The notes under the pieces are model-generated. The model did not search any database. It was not told the DNA's origin and worked only from the letters and a program-made list of their open reading frames with translations. This document shows positions 16,616 through 29,500 of a DNA stretch of 64,000 nucleotides, in pieces. Made by a program: the position numbers and the translations under genes. How positions within the stretch are numbered: position 1 is the stretch's first letter; each line of letters begins with the position of its first letter. This DNA comes from an uncultured Verrucomicrobiae bacterium (lineage in GTDB: Bacteria > Verrucomicrobiota > Verrucomicrobiia > Limisphaerales > Palsa-1400), in assembly GCA_963707025.1 (NCBI GenBank), contig CAVPOM010000004.1, positions 64,001 to 128,000 on the forward strand, given 5' to 3'.

Positions 16616-19600
16616 CTATGGGGGTTGCGGGGAAAACTGATTCACAGGATTGGCCATGCTCACCATGAGAACGGCCGTGCCGGGAATCGGAAAATCATCC
16701 CCGGCCAGGACTCCGCCCTGGACGAGTGCGACGCGCCAGCGGCCCGATTCTGAATCAAGCATACGAACGGCCAGGGCGTTGCTCAGGCCAAGCTGGCGCA
16801 GGAGCTGGAAGGCGCTGTAGGCGTCCGGAAACGGCGTGTAGCCAAAGACATTGGGCCCGGCGGCCAGGTTGATGGGCGAACTGTTGTTGAGGCCGAGGTC
16901 CAGCACCTGGGAGGTGTTGAACTTGATCCAGAGAAAACTGCCGGCCACGAGACTGAAATTCTGCCCCGAAAACACCCCGGCGGAGACGGACGCCGTTTGC
17001 GTGACCACTTGCGGCACCAGCGAGGCGTATGCGGTGACGGATTGGACGCCGCTGCCCGCCCAAAGAGAGAGCAATCCGTAAGCGTTCTGGGCATACGAAA
17101 CCATGGCAGGAGTGACCAGGACGACATTGCGGTTCTGAAACACCGCTTGGAGCGAGGGCAGCGCGGCGGAGACAATCTGCGATTGATTGCTCACCGTTTC
17201 CTGCCACACCCCCCACCCATCCGCCAGAGACGGGAAGGTCTTCAGGGTGGGCGTGCCGGTCAGGGGGACGGCCAGCAGGCTGGGCAGGTAAATCAACCGG
17301 GCGTTGCCGGTTTGCGGCCCAAGCCCGTCCTGCATGCAAACCAGCCACGGGCCGTCCAGAGTTGGCTGGCTTGCGTTTTGGGCGCCGCTGGTGATGCGGA
17401 TTTCCGCGTTGCGCAAAAGATCGAAGCCATAGATGTCAAGCTCGACATTGCGATTGTCGTCCCAAACGATCCAATTGCCGTAGATCGCGGGGTTGAACTG
17501 CTCGTAAATATTGGTGGTGATGCGCCGCACCTGCTGTGATTGGAGATCACAGAAATAGATTTCTCCCGGACCCTGGTCGCGAAAGTCCTGCCAGACGACG
17601 CGCGCCGCCTGGACTTCAGGATCCAGTTCATCCTGGGTGGATGGGGAGACGGTGAAAATCTGGCCGCTGCTCAGGTTGGTGGCGATGAGCAGCCAGGGAG
17701 TATTGGAGTTCCCGGTGGCGCGGGATTGATAGACCACCCAGGGCCAGTCAATGGCCGGTTTGATTTCATCGGTTGCGGAGGTGCTGGTCAACTGGGTCAG
17801 GCTGTTGGTCGTCTCCATGTCATACATGAAGAGGTCCCAATTGCCGTTGGCTTCCTGCCCCTGCCAGACGACGTAGCGGCCATCGGTGCGGGGGTTTTCC
17901 TGGCTCAATGGAGTGTGGGTCAACTGGGCGATGGATCCGCTGGCGGAAGCGATATCCCGCGCGTAAATCTCCCAGTTGCCATCGCTTTGGTCCTGCCAGA
18001 CGGCCCAACGGCCGCGCGCGCGCGGATTGGCCGGGCCGCGATTGAAGCCGGCGAGCAGACCGGTGTTGCCGGAAAGGTTTCCAACCTGGGCCAACCCGAC
18101 AAAGAAGTTGGTGTTGCCGAGGGTGTCAGCCAGCGTGATGCGAACGGTGTACCAGCCGGGCGGTTCGACAACTCCCCCGTTTCCCAGCCCGTTCCAGTTG
18201 AAGGTGACCGGTCCGGCGCCAATGTTGGTGTAGTCCATTGTCAGAACGTCCGGCAGCGCGCTCTGGTCATAGCCGTAAAGAGGATTCACGGTCCAATCCA
18301 CTGTGGTCGGGACATTGGTGGGTTGATAGACGCCAGCCACTTCGCCCAGCACGCCGATGACGTGCGGGCCGGGGCTGAGGTTGGAAAGAACGAGCGCGGA
18401 GGCGGAGTTGGTGGGAGGGCGGAAGTAGCCGCTGTCAATCGTCCACTCGTAATTTGTGACCGATGCGCCGCCGATCATCAATTGGGCGGAAGTCCCCGCC
18501 GCGGGTGTGGCGGGCGCGCCGGCAATGGTGGCGGGCGGAGCCGCCGGACTGACGACCCAGCTTGCCGTTACCGCGTCGCTGGCGGCCAAATAGGTCCCAT
18601 AGCGCGAGCGGCCCAAAACGGCAACCGTGTTGGTGCCTGCCGGAAGGCCCGACAACGACAACGGCGTGGAAACCGTCGTTTCGGCGCTCCAAGGGCTGCC
18701 GTTTAATTGGTACATGTAGAAGTCAACGTTCTGTCCGGCGATGTTCAGCGCGGCCGTCGTGCTGGCAGTGGGCGAAGAAGGAGTGTTGGAGATGGTGGCC
18801 CAGCCGGTCACGCCCTGGAAGATGCCAATCTGCGCGTTGACAGCGTTGGGGTTGGGCGCGGCCTGGAAAGTGATCGGGACGCTGCCCGGGCGGATGGAAA
18901 GGGCGTTGCCGGGATTGACGACGGGCTGGGATGGCACCAGGGCGGAGGAGAAGCCGAGCGAACCCGGGCCGGGCAGAACGAGCGTGGCGGTGTGAGTGCC
19001 TTCCTGGTTCAAACTGGTGTCAATCGCATAGTAGGACAGTTCGTAGGAGCCTGGAGTGCTCAGACTGAAAGGCAGAGCGGGTGCAAACGGAGCGCCGCCC
19101 AGGCTGTCGTAAATGGTCACCGGCACGGCGTCCTGCGAAAGGAAGTACATTTGCGTCTGGGGTGTGACGTAATAAATGCCATTGGTATAAGTGGATGCGC
19201 CGGCAAACATCAGCGTTGTCACCGGCGCGTTGGTGCTGGCCGGAGGATTGGTATAGGTGATGGTGTAGGTGTAGGTCCCCAGGTTGACCAAATCGAAAAG
19301 GTTCAGGTAAGTGTCCTTGAAGTTGCTCACCGGTTCGTAATGGAGGCTGGTCCAAAAATTATTCGTATTCAGCGCCTTGCCATCCGAACGCACCACGCTG
19401 GCGATGGGAAGCTTGGCCTGGTTGGGATCGTTGAGCCGCAGGTAGCCCCAGCCGGAAACCGTCGCATTGAGGCTTACCTGGCAGGTTAAGCCCGAGCCTG
19501 AAACCGAGGCATTGGTCAGCATGTTGACCGGATAAACCCCTCCCTGGCTTTCGTAGAGCGAGTCCGGGATGAGATTGTCAATGGCGTCCAGAGTCCCGGT

Positions 19601-20584
19601 GGTATCGGCCAGAAAATCGCGGATGCTGTCCCGTCCCAGCTGGTCGTCCAGAACCTCATGGAGGAAGAGACAGGCGTTGACCGACTTGATCAGCGAGGTC
19701 TCAGCGCCGCCCAAAGCCGTCGAGTGGCTGTAGGTCGCGCTCACGGACAGGAAGGTCCCCGACAGAGTGACCACCATGTCCCAGGCGCCCTTGGTGGCCT
19801 GGCCGGGCGACAAATTGCCGAGATTGACCGTGAGGTTGGCGTTGGAAAGCGGCGAATCATTGACCCGGGAACCGAGCAGTTGGGCGACGAGCGGCAGATT
19901 CTGCACATTGGAGGCAATCTTGGGCTGCTGGGCGTTGATGAATACGTTTCTGGCCACACCATAGCCGGCATTTTGCACCAGCACGCCAAAGGTAAATGGA
20001 ATCGGAGCACCCAATCCTGTGTAAGGATCCATGCCGGTGACATCGCGCGGCTGGAAGTAGGTGATTTGTAATTGCGCGTCCGGAAGCACCGTGATGGGGG
20101 CTGGAATGACCACCAGCGAGGAAGCCGGGATGGGCGTGCCGTTGATTTGCCCGCCGACGTTGGCGCCGACCTGGTAAAGAAGGCCGCCGGGGGAAGTTCC
20201 CCCGGCGTTGACCGTGGGGATCAGGAACCAGGTAATAGTCGCCGTTTGTCCTGGCGCAATGACTCCCGCGCCGCTGACGTCGGAAATGTTTTGCAGGGTC
20301 GGCGGCTGCACAAAAAAGAGGCTGGAAGAATCATTGACAGTCCCGTTGGTCGAAAGAGCGGCATTCTGGAAAGTCAGATTGGCCGAAAAGCCGGTGATAG
20401 GGTTGTTGGGATCGTTGTCCGTAATCTGCATGGTGGCTTGAAAGCCGGTCTGCTCCAGCGTCAACTGCTGGGAGAGCACAATTTGAACGGGGGCGCACAG
20501 GCCTTGAAATTGTTCCTGTGCCAGGGCCGGCCGGGCCGGAAGGCCGGCGCAGAGGATCGCCAGAAATGACTTCCAGCGGTTCAT
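16616..20584 (-). CDS. Large secreted Ig-like/FlgD-like/beta-propeller repeat protein
   Basis: Signal peptide, then QEQFQGLCAPVQIVLSQQLTLEQ; FNWNG...PPGWYTVRI; repeated VWQD..GNWEIY propeller blades. Confidence 0.85.
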   Translation of the reverse strand: MNRWKSFLAILCAGLPARPALAQEQFQGLCAPVQIVLSQQLTLEQTGFQATMQITDNDPNNPITGFSANLTFQNAALSTNGTVNDSSSLFFVQPPTLQNISDVSGAGVIAPGQTATITWFLIPTVNAGGTSPGGLLYQVGANVGGQINGTPIPASSLVVIPAPITVLPDAQLQITYFQPRDVTGMDPYTGLGAPIPFTFGVLVQNAGYGVARNVFINAQQPKIASNVQNLPLVAQLLGSRVNDSPLSNANLTVNLGNLSPGQATKGAWDMVVTLSGTFLSVSATYSHSTALGGAETSLIKSVNACLFLHEVLDDQLGRDSIRDFLADTTGTLDAIDNLIPDSLYESQGGVYPVNMLTNASVSGSGLTCQVSLNATVSGWGYLRLNDPNQAKLPIASVVRSDGKALNTNNFWTSLHYEPVSNFKDTYLNLFDLVNLGTYTYTITYTNPPASTNAPVTTLMFAGASTYTNGIYYVTPQTQMYFLSQDAVPVTIYDSLGGAPFAPALPFSLSTPGSYELSYYAIDTSLNQEGTHTATLVLPGPGSLGFSSALVPSQPVVNPGNALSIRPGSVPITFQAAPNPNAVNAQIGIFQGVTGWATISNTPSSPTASTTAALNIAGQNVDFYMYQLNGSPWSAETTVSTPLSLSGLPAGTNTVAVLGRSRYGTYLAASDAVTASWVVSPAAPPATIAGAPATPAAGTSAQLMIGGASVTNYEWTIDSGYFRPPTNSASALVLSNLSPGPHVIGVLGEVAGVYQPTNVPTTVDWTVNPLYGYDQSALPDVLTMDYTNIGAGPVTFNWNGLGNGGVVEPPGWYTVRITLADTLGNTNFFVGLAQVGNLSGNTGLLAGFNRGPANPRARGRWAVWQDQSDGNWEIYARDIASASGSIAQLTHTPLSQENPRTDGRYVVWQGQEANGNWDLFMYDMETTNSLTQLTSTSATDEIKPAIDWPWVVYQSRATGNSNTPWLLIATNLSSGQIFTVSPSTQDELDPEVQAARVVWQDFRDQGPGEIYFCDLQSQQVRRITTNIYEQFNPAIYGNWIVWDDNRNVELDIYGFDLLRNAEIRITSGAQNASQPTLDGPWLVCMQDGLGPQTGNARLIYLPSLLAVPLTGTPTLKTFPSLADGWGVWQETVSNQSQIVSAALPSLQAVFQNRNVVLVTPAMVSYAQNAYGLLSLWAGSGVQSVTAYASLVPQVVTQTASVSAGVFSGQNFSLVAGSFLWIKFNTSQVLDLGLNNSSPINLAAGPNVFGYTPFPDAYSAFQLLRQLGLSNALAVRMLDSESGRWRVALVQGGVLAGDDFPIPGTAVLMVSMANPVNQFSPQPP

Positions 20585-23500
20585 TTGGGCACCTCCGCAG
20601 TTCGAATTGGGACATCCAGTGGCAGCGGGCCAGGCCCACACTTATCATGCACCAGCACGTTATTGGCGTAAAATGCGTTATCGAGTGCAAGCCCCAAAGT
20701 AAACATCTCTCTGCCGCCCGATAATACACGGTTTCCGGTCACTTCGAGGCGCTGTCCGTGGGAGTTAAAGAGCCAGTCCCCCGCTTTCAAATCGGCCGCC
20801 CGTCTCCAGCCTTTGCCATCCACCCAGAACTGGTGCTCGATCGTGGCTGTCACCGCTGGCGCAGGCTCGCCGCGCGCTGTGGTCAGTTGGATTTCACGCG
20901 CGTCCGAAGAAACCACGGAGCGGACTTCCCTGACAATGGCAACATTCTGCGGGCGCTCCCCGCTGCGAACCATGTCGTTGGTTTTGACTTCGGCAATCGG
21001 TTTGCTGGTGCCGTCAGCCATCAAGACCAGCGTTTCGGGATCCAGACAACCGCCGCCCGTGACGGAGAAACCCGGACCGGATTGAGGCGCGCTGGGGGGA
21101 TTGGGCAGATTGGGTATGGGATAGTTGAGGCCGGAGCCCAGACCGAGGGCCACGGTTTGAAAACCCAGGAACATGCCTTGGATGACGCAGCCCTCCAGCC
21201 CGCCGCTTAATCCCCCGTTGGGTCCAATATCGAGCAAGGAACTGATCAGCACAGCGCCGTTGGCGGTGATGTTGACCTCGTTTTGCGTCACCGGGCAGAT
21301 GCCGCCGCCGTTCAAAATGGCATTCAGTTCATCCGCATAGGCGTTGGGGTTTGAGCTCGTGCCCAGGCAGGTTTGGAACCCGCTTTGCTGCCGGGTTGGA
21401 TCACTGGTGCCTGTATAGGTGACGGTGAAAGGAACATCCACCGTCTGTTGCGGAAGCAGCACCGGAATGAAGGTGATCAGGGGTTGATAACTGGCGGTTT
21501 CGTCCTGTTGTCCGCTGATGGTGACATTGGTCATTTGCACCAGGCCTTGATTTTGCACGGTGACGGTGTAGGTGGCTTGGAATCCGGGGGTCACATTTTC
21601 AAATGTCTGCAAGACCGGTGTTACCACCAGCACCGGCAAGGGCACGAAGGTTTGATAGTTTTCCGTCACTGCGATCGTGTAGTTATCCGAGAACGCCACC
21701 GGGACAACGGTAAAGTTGATGGTCACCAGGCTGCGATTAAGGCTGACCGCCTGGGAAACGGTTTGATCGGCGGTAATCGTCACAAGGCCCGCATTGGCCG
21801 AGCATCCGGGCGCCGATGCCTGCCAGCTCCAGGCCCCTTCCATCAGGTTGCTCACTGTGCAATAACCATTGCTGTCGGTCAGGAACGGCCCTTCGCTGGC
21901 TGAAATCAGGCTGTTGTTCAAGCGGATGCTCGCCCCCGACAAAGCCGTGCCCAGAATATCATTGACATAAAACTGCACGGCGCCGGTCAGGTCTGAAGTC
22001 ACGATGGCGGCCACGCTCACCGGAAAAGGCACTGACAGGTTTGTTCCTTGGATGGTCACCGTGTCCTGGTAAAAGGCCAGTGGCGTCGAGGAGGGCGGAT
22101 TGAAGACGACACCAAAAGTGAAGGTTTGACCGGGAGCCAGGTCGGGCAGTTGAATCAGGCCGTTGCTCGAAACGGGCAAATTGACCTGCATCCAGGCATA
22201 GTTGGTCGGCGGGAGCAAGGTCACACCCTGCAAACTGTTCAACCCGTGGTTGGCCATGGTGATTTGCCCGCTGACCTGCTCGCCCCGGTTCACATTGACT
22301 TCCAAGTAGCCGACGGCCGGCTGGGTGACGGCCAAAACCGGAACCGCCGGCAGCAGACTGACCGTCCCGGTGAACGTCGTCGTGGCCCCCTCGGCGGAAG
22401 CAAAGGTAAAGACCACCTGGGCCGAATTGGGCGCGTCGCTCGTGGCCGCCAATTCCAGATTAACAGTCAGCGATTGATTGGGGGCAATGGTCAGACTGGA
22501 GCTTGTGAGATTTGTCCCCGTGATTTTGGCCAGTGGAACCAGATTGGTGCCGGAGACTTCATACGCCGCAAAGCTGGTGCTGACAGCCGTCAACGACATG
22601 TTTCCCGGATTGAACACTTGCACCGAGAAGCTGAGGGTGCCATTTTTCGACATGACAATGTCACCCGACGAAGGGGTTGCGTAAAGGCGGTCAATCTCAA
22701 CCATCGCCTGGTTTAATTGATCAACGACCAGCGGGTTGGCCGCCCACAAGCTCAAGGTTCCTCCAAAGCCGGGCGGCGGGTTGTAGGTGTAAGCGTAATT
22801 GCCGTTGCTGTCGGTCGTAACAGGCTGATCCCAGACATAGCCGCGGGTGGCAAAACCGAGGTTCAAAGCCGCGTTGGGCGCGGGTAGCCCGCTTGAATAG
22901 TAGATGGCCTGGCCGCTAATGAGGACCGGCTCGTCATTGTCATAAATGAGCTTGTCTGTTTGCGCCGTTCCGTAATAGGGCGTCTCCGCCAGGCTGGAAA
23001 TCATGCTGCCGGTTAAGGGTCCGGATTGGGTTTGGCTGCTGGTGCCGATTTGATTATAGATGGCGCTGGCGACCGCGACAAAGGCGGTGTTGGTGGCTCC
23101 GGTCAGCGCGAGCGGCGCCAGAACATTGGGCACGGTCAAACTCAGGGAGGAGCCTGCCGGAATATCCACGTAGCCCGTGCCGTCGGCCAGGAACACCGTC
23201 CCGGCGGGAGCACCTTCGAAGCTGGTGCGGCTGACTTCCTGCCCAAGGTTGTTTTGGACAGAAATATATACATCGCCAGGTTGTGCCCCAAAACCCCTCG
23301 CCACAATCACCTGCATGTCCACCCAGGCCTGGTTAAAAATCTGGACTTGAATCGGCGACATTCCACCCGCCAAAGGGAGTTGGTTGGCGGAAACCGCGAT
23401 TTCAAGGCCCGGCAACTGGCTGTTGGTCACGCTGAACGTCTGTTGATAGGTTACCACCGCCCCTTCGCTCTCCGCCTGTTGGGAGACGCTGATTTGAATC

Positions 23501-26500
23501 GTCTGCGCGGCCACAACGTTGGCTTCGGGCACGACGACGGACAGTTGCTGGCTGGCGCCGGCGTTGATGGAAACGGTCCATGCGTTGGTCACCGTCAGCG
23601 GCGATGCGCCTGCCGCTGAACGAGTCAGCGTCAACTGCGCCAGCGGCAGCGCGGCCCTGGAACTCAGGTTCGTCAGACCTATCTGGAATTGGTCGAAGTA
23701 GGCGGTCAGCACCGGATGACTCGTCCCGCCCCCATTGGGATTGACCAAAAGGCCCAACGATACGGGATAAACCGAAACCACGCGTTGCGGACCTTCCTGT
23801 CCGCTGCCATTGACGGTGCTGACGCCATACTGGACGACGTCCGTCATCGGCAGGCTGTCCGTGTAGGTCAGCAAGGAGAGCAGCGACGTGTTTTGTTTGA
23901 CGCCGTTCCGATAGACGTTGAATCCGACCACCGTGGAATCCGACGAGGTCCAGTTTAAAACGGGAGCCTGTGACGGGACAACCAAGGCCGAAAGGTTGCT
24001 GACCGGGCCGACCAAAAGTTGAATTGCGGCTGGAGCACTTGGGTTCTCGTTGCCGATGGCGTCGGACGCGGCAACGATGTAGGTGCTGGTGCCGCGCGGC
24101 GGATAGTCTATGACGGGCTGCACGCTCGAAACCGTCTGGATCAGCGAACCGTTGCGGTAGATGTTGTAATGATCGGGGACTTCTCCCGACGGTTCCTGCC
24201 AGATGATTTGGACGCCGGCGGCGGCCAGTTGCACCTGCACGTTGGTGGGCGCGGGCGGCGGGGTGCGGTCTGACAAAGCAACGACGACGTTGGAGATGGC
24301 GCTCTCTGATCCGAGGCGGCTGGCGCTGATGCCATAGCTATACAGTCCGTCGGTCGGCGGCAGGTCGGTCACAGTGGTGGAACTGAGGTTGTCAAGGTCG
24401 AGCGTGGCCGGAGTCGTGAAATTGCTGCCCGGCTCACGGTAGAGCCGGTAAATCTGGGCGCTTCCGACGGCATTCCAGGAAAGCGCGACAAAGCCGCCGG
24501 GAAAGCTCGTGACCGCGAGGTTGGTGGGCGATGGCGGCGGCGAGGGAAAAGTGGTATTGTAGAGCTCCAGCCGCGCCCCAACGGTGATATTGGTGCCGAC
24601 ATTCCCGACGCTGTCCTGGGAACTGAAAGCAAAATTGCCGAACCCAGAGCCCATGGCCGCCGTCAGTGGGAGATTCGCAGTCCAATTGGTGCCGCTGCCA
24701 GTCAACGAAAGAATCACATCGGTTCCTTGAGGCGGCGCAAATGACAGGCTGGGCGTCGTCCCTTGCGCCGGAGGTTTGGTCAGCGTGAGATTTACGGCCA
24801 CCGTGGCGCCGCTGATGGTTTGGACCGGGCCCGGCGGAGCGGCCACGATGACAGCGGAAGGCGGCGTGGTATCAATGACCAGCAGCGTCCCGGAAGGCGC
24901 GCCGCTAAAAACATTGCCGGCCTGATCCTGGGCGGTGGCGAAGACCGCGGCGACTCCGGAAGGCGTCGAGGCGGTAACCGCGAAAGCGGACTGCCAGGTG
25001 TTGAGCGCCACGTTGGTCAGCGCGAGCAAGGCAGGCGAAGGTGCGCCGTTCGGCTGGATGGTCAGGGCAGGTGCCGCCGCCAGGGCCTTGCTGGAGGCCA
25101 CCGTGATGCCCACAGTGCCGACGCCGACCGGGGAAGGCGAACCGTAGGCGATGCTGATGCCCGGCGGAGTCGCGTCATAGACAATCGAGACCAGGCTGGA
25201 AAGCGGGCTGGGGTTGCCCGGCGGCATCGTATCCAACGACGCCGAAATAGTAGGTTCCGTTCGCCAGGCCCTGGGCCGTGTAGGACATGGCTGTCAAAGA
25301 AATCGAATGGCCGGTGGCCTGGCTGACAGTGGAGAACGGGGCATTGGCCCAGAACAATTGGAACGTGGCCGCCTGTTTGCCCGGCGGCGCAAACTGCCAG
25401 GCCAGATTGATTCCGGTGCCGGGAACATAGACGGGCTTATTCATGACCAGCGCCGCCGGCGGAATGGTTTCCACCGTGACTTGCCGCGCCTGCGACGAAG
25501 TTTGTCCCGTGCTGTCCGAAGCGACGGCGATAATCGGGTTGACGCCTTCGGTCAATGTGACGTTGGACAGGCTGAAATACCCGGAACTGTCCGCCGTCGT
25601 CGTTCCCAAAACCTGGCCGCTGTCAGTCACCTGGATGCCAATGTTCGCTTCGGCCGTGCCGGCGATGCTGATGTTGTCATTATTGGTGACATAATTGGAA
25701 GCCGGCATGGCAATGACCGGCGCCAGGGGCGGTGTCACGGCTACCACCACGTCTTCCTCAAGGGTGGCGATGTTGCCGGCGGCGTCGCGAGCGAGCAATT
25801 CGACTTGATGGACGGCGTTGTTCAGTGGCCGCACGTCGAAGTAGCAGGAGAAGCTGCCGCCCGTGTTGGTGGCCACACCGGCCCCGTCCACGTAAAACTC
25901 AATATCCTGCATTCCAAGGACCGCCGTGGCCGAGCCTGTGACCGTCACGGGCCGGTGCAACGTCTCACCCTCCGAGAGGCTGAACGACTGGATGACCGGG
26001 CCGGCGGTGATATAGTTGACATCCACTTCGACCGGGCTGTTGGTTTCGCCTGTGACGCTGCGGAATTGGGCGAAAATGTGCTTGAAGCCGGCCCCGGCGG
26101 AGAGCGGGAAAACGGTGTAATTGGAGAAGGCGGTAAAGAAGACGTTGCTGAACGTGAAATCTTCGCTCAGGCGCATCGCCGTGGCGGTGCGGCAGGCCAG
26201 TTGCAGGACGACGGAGCGGGCGCCGACTTGGGTAACGCCGTTGGACGCGCCGATGGCTGGGGTGAGCACCGGCTCGTAAGACAGAAACGGCGAGTAGGAG
26301 ACATTGCCGGCCAAGAGTGGCGTCAAACTGCCTTGCGCGGCGGTGCCCCACCAATTGGAAGAAGCGTTCAGAACAGCGCCGCCGGCAGCCCAGGCATTGG
26401 TTTGATTGTTCTGGATGACTGATCCCTCGAGGTTCAACGCTGCGGTGTCGGACTGCCGCACGCCGGTCTGGTTGCCCGAAAACAAGGCGCTGACGGTGGT

Positions 26501-29500
26501 CAGGGTTGCGCCGTTTTCCAGGAGCAGACCGGACGGGGTGTTGAAATTGGCCGTCAACGCCTGGACGGACGGGGCGCAGCCGTTAATCGTCAGCCCGGTG
26601 CCGTAGAGGATCTCAACAAACTGCAGACTGGAGGATCCGGCCCCGCTGCCGAGCGTGACCCCGCCCCAATCGCCGGGCGCGGGCAGGCCGCCGGAAACGT
26701 CCTTTGCCGAATCGAATATTATCGGCGCGAGGCCCGTGCCGTTGGCCGCCAGGCTTCCCTGGGCCACCGTCAGGCTCGTCCCCGGGGCGAAAAGCAAGGT
26801 GGTGCCGGGCTGAATGGTGAGCGTGGCATTACTGACCACAACCATGCTCTGATAAATGGGCACCACGACGGGCGCGCTGCCGCCTATGGTGGTGTTGACA
26901 CTGAGCGTGCCCGCGTAGGGATCGGTCCAGGCCTCGGTGGAGACGTTGGGGTTGAAGTTGTTGGCCGCGTTGAATCCGACGACTGCAAAATAATTGGTCT
27001 TGGTGCGGTCAAGACCATTGACTTGGAACGACGTTTGCGTCGGTCCCAAGGTGGCTTGCGGCGTCAGACCGGCCGCGGACGTGAAGTTGGCTTGCTGGTA
27101 ATAGACATAGAAGCCGGCGAAGCCGAGCAAGCCCGCCGTGCTGTAGCCATTCCAGGAAACAAGGGCGGAGGAGGCACCCACCGACGACACGGCAATGCTG
27201 ACCGCCGGCGGGAGGGAACTGGGCAAAATGATTTCCAGCGGCGTCAGTGTCGAAAGGCTGTTGCCGGCGGTATCCACCGCCTGCACCGCCGCGTAATAAG
27301 GAGTATCGAGCGACAGGCCGTTGAATTGCCAGCTTCTCGCTGCGGAGCCTAACCCTGTCAGGATAGGAAGCCCGGCCGCCGACGTGTAATTGGTCGTCTG
27401 AAGATAGACGTGGAATCCGGCCAAATCCGCCGGCGCATTGTAGCTGCTCCAGCCCACAGTGATGGACGAACTGTTGGACGCCACCAGCGTCAAGAGAGGA
27501 TTGGGCGGCGGAGTGGCCTCAACGGTGAACTGCGCCGCATTGGTCAAAGCCATGGTGTTGCCGTTGGTGTCCTGCGCGCCGGATACGTATAGTTGCATGA
27601 TGCCATCCATGCCGGGCGCAATCGTGACGGGCGGCGTGGAATAAGTATCGTTGTTCAGGACGGTGGCCGACCAGAAGCCACCGGCGGGCACGGCCGGCTG
27701 GATCGCGGCGGCGCTGTTGGTCAGGACCACCAGGGGCGAAACATTGGTTTGCATCGAGCGGTCGAACTGAAGGCGGACAACAAAATTGGTCGTGGATGGG
27801 ACAAGCGGAGAATAATTGACGCTGACGCTGGCCAGGATCGGCAGGATGCTCTTGCCGGCATAGACGGCCACGTATTCCAGGTTGGTGGGATCCAGCGTGG
27901 ATAAAGTCTTGGTGAAAGGATCGGCAAAACTGGCCGGCGTGTTGCTCAGAGCAAACTGCTGGAACGTGAAGACATCCGGTGCGTTGGTGACCAGGAGCGG
28001 CGCGCTGAAACTGGCGGTCTGGCCGTTCGTGTAGGTTCCCGCGCCCGCCACCAAGGCCAGCCCCGGCGGCGAAGTGGCGGTGGTGACAACATGGATCAGA
28101 TTGGCGGCGGCGTAATTGGCTACGAAGGTGTGGCTGGCAAAAATTACGCTGGTGAGCGCGGGGCTGGTGCCCACAATGACCGCGCCTTCCGTCCAATTGG
28201 AGAAGCTGTAGCCGAAACCCGGATAGGCGGTCAGCACGTTGGTCGTGCCATAGGAAAAAGATCCGGCGCCCACAACGGTTCCAGCCCCGGGCGGATTGTT
28301 GCTGACCGCAATGCTGAAGACGGGCAGGACAAAGTTCGCCACCAGGTCGCGATCACGGGTCGCGGTGAAGGCGTAGGTTGCATTGGCGCTTTGGAAAACG
28401 CCATTCTCCGTCCAAGTGGAGAAGCTATAGGGGAGCGTACTCGTGTTCGCTGAAGCGGTGAGCGTGATCAGGCTGCCCGCCAAAAACACCCCGCCACCCG
28501 CCGCCGAACCGCCACCTGGCGGGCTGGCCGTCACCGTGATGGTGTAGCTTTGGCTGGTGAAGGGCTGCACGGCGAAGTTGGCCGTTTGGTTGGAATTGTT
28601 CACAACCACCTGCTGCGCCGGCACCGTGTTGTAACCGCGCGCCACCAAACCTTGAACGCCAACGGTCCAGACTCCGTTGGTGACGTTCAACACGTAATTG
28701 CCGCCGGCATCCGTGACCGTGCTGAGGTATATGGAGGTGTTGAGATTGGTCAGGATGGCGAAGACCGTAATGTTGGTCACAGGAGCGCCCTGGTTGTTCG
28801 TGACCGAGCCGGTGATTTGCGCCGTGGCCCCGCCGGTGGAAATCGCGGTCAGCGACACTCCGCCGGCCGCGTAGTTGAGCAGCCAGCCGAGGTTGTTGCC
28901 CGGCAATGGAAGGTTGAGGGAATCGAACGCGTTTGTAAGAGCGCCGCACGAGATCAGCGGAATCGCGTCACCCGCGTTCGGCATGTAGCCGTTCAACAGG
29001 CTCACGTCCAGGGTGCCGTCAAGGCTCAGATTGCCGTTGACGATCAGCGGAGCGGGTTGCCCCGCGCCGCCGATGCCGAAATCCAATGTCGCGCCCGTTT
29101 GGGCGTAGCCATTGGCCATGCTGAAGTCAATCACGCCAGTCAAAATCTCCAAATCGCCGGCGTTGACGCATGAAACGGAAATGGAGGTCGTGCCTGTGCT
29201 GGCGGACTTTTCCAACGTGCCCACGTTGTGGAAATAGGCGTTGGTGGTGGAATAAAAGTTGATCATGCTCTGGTCGCACTGGATGCCCCACACGGCTCCC
29301 GCCAGGTTTTCCACCGCTCCGGCGTAGGGCGTATTGGTGTTGTTGAACACATACACGGTTCCACCCAGCCAGTTCACCGTCCCCGCGTTGGTCAGCGGGT
29401 TCTCCAAATACACCGTCCCACCGCCGTTAATGTTCAGCACCGCGTTGCTGGCGATGGCCAGGGGCCCGTTTGCAGTCCCCCCGGTCCAATTGACCAAAGC

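Noticed and set aside
20581..21048. Polymorphic toxin with pretoxin Hint
   Set aside because: Only about 20 residues follow the Hint, and the next gene is a large secreted protein rather than an immunity gene
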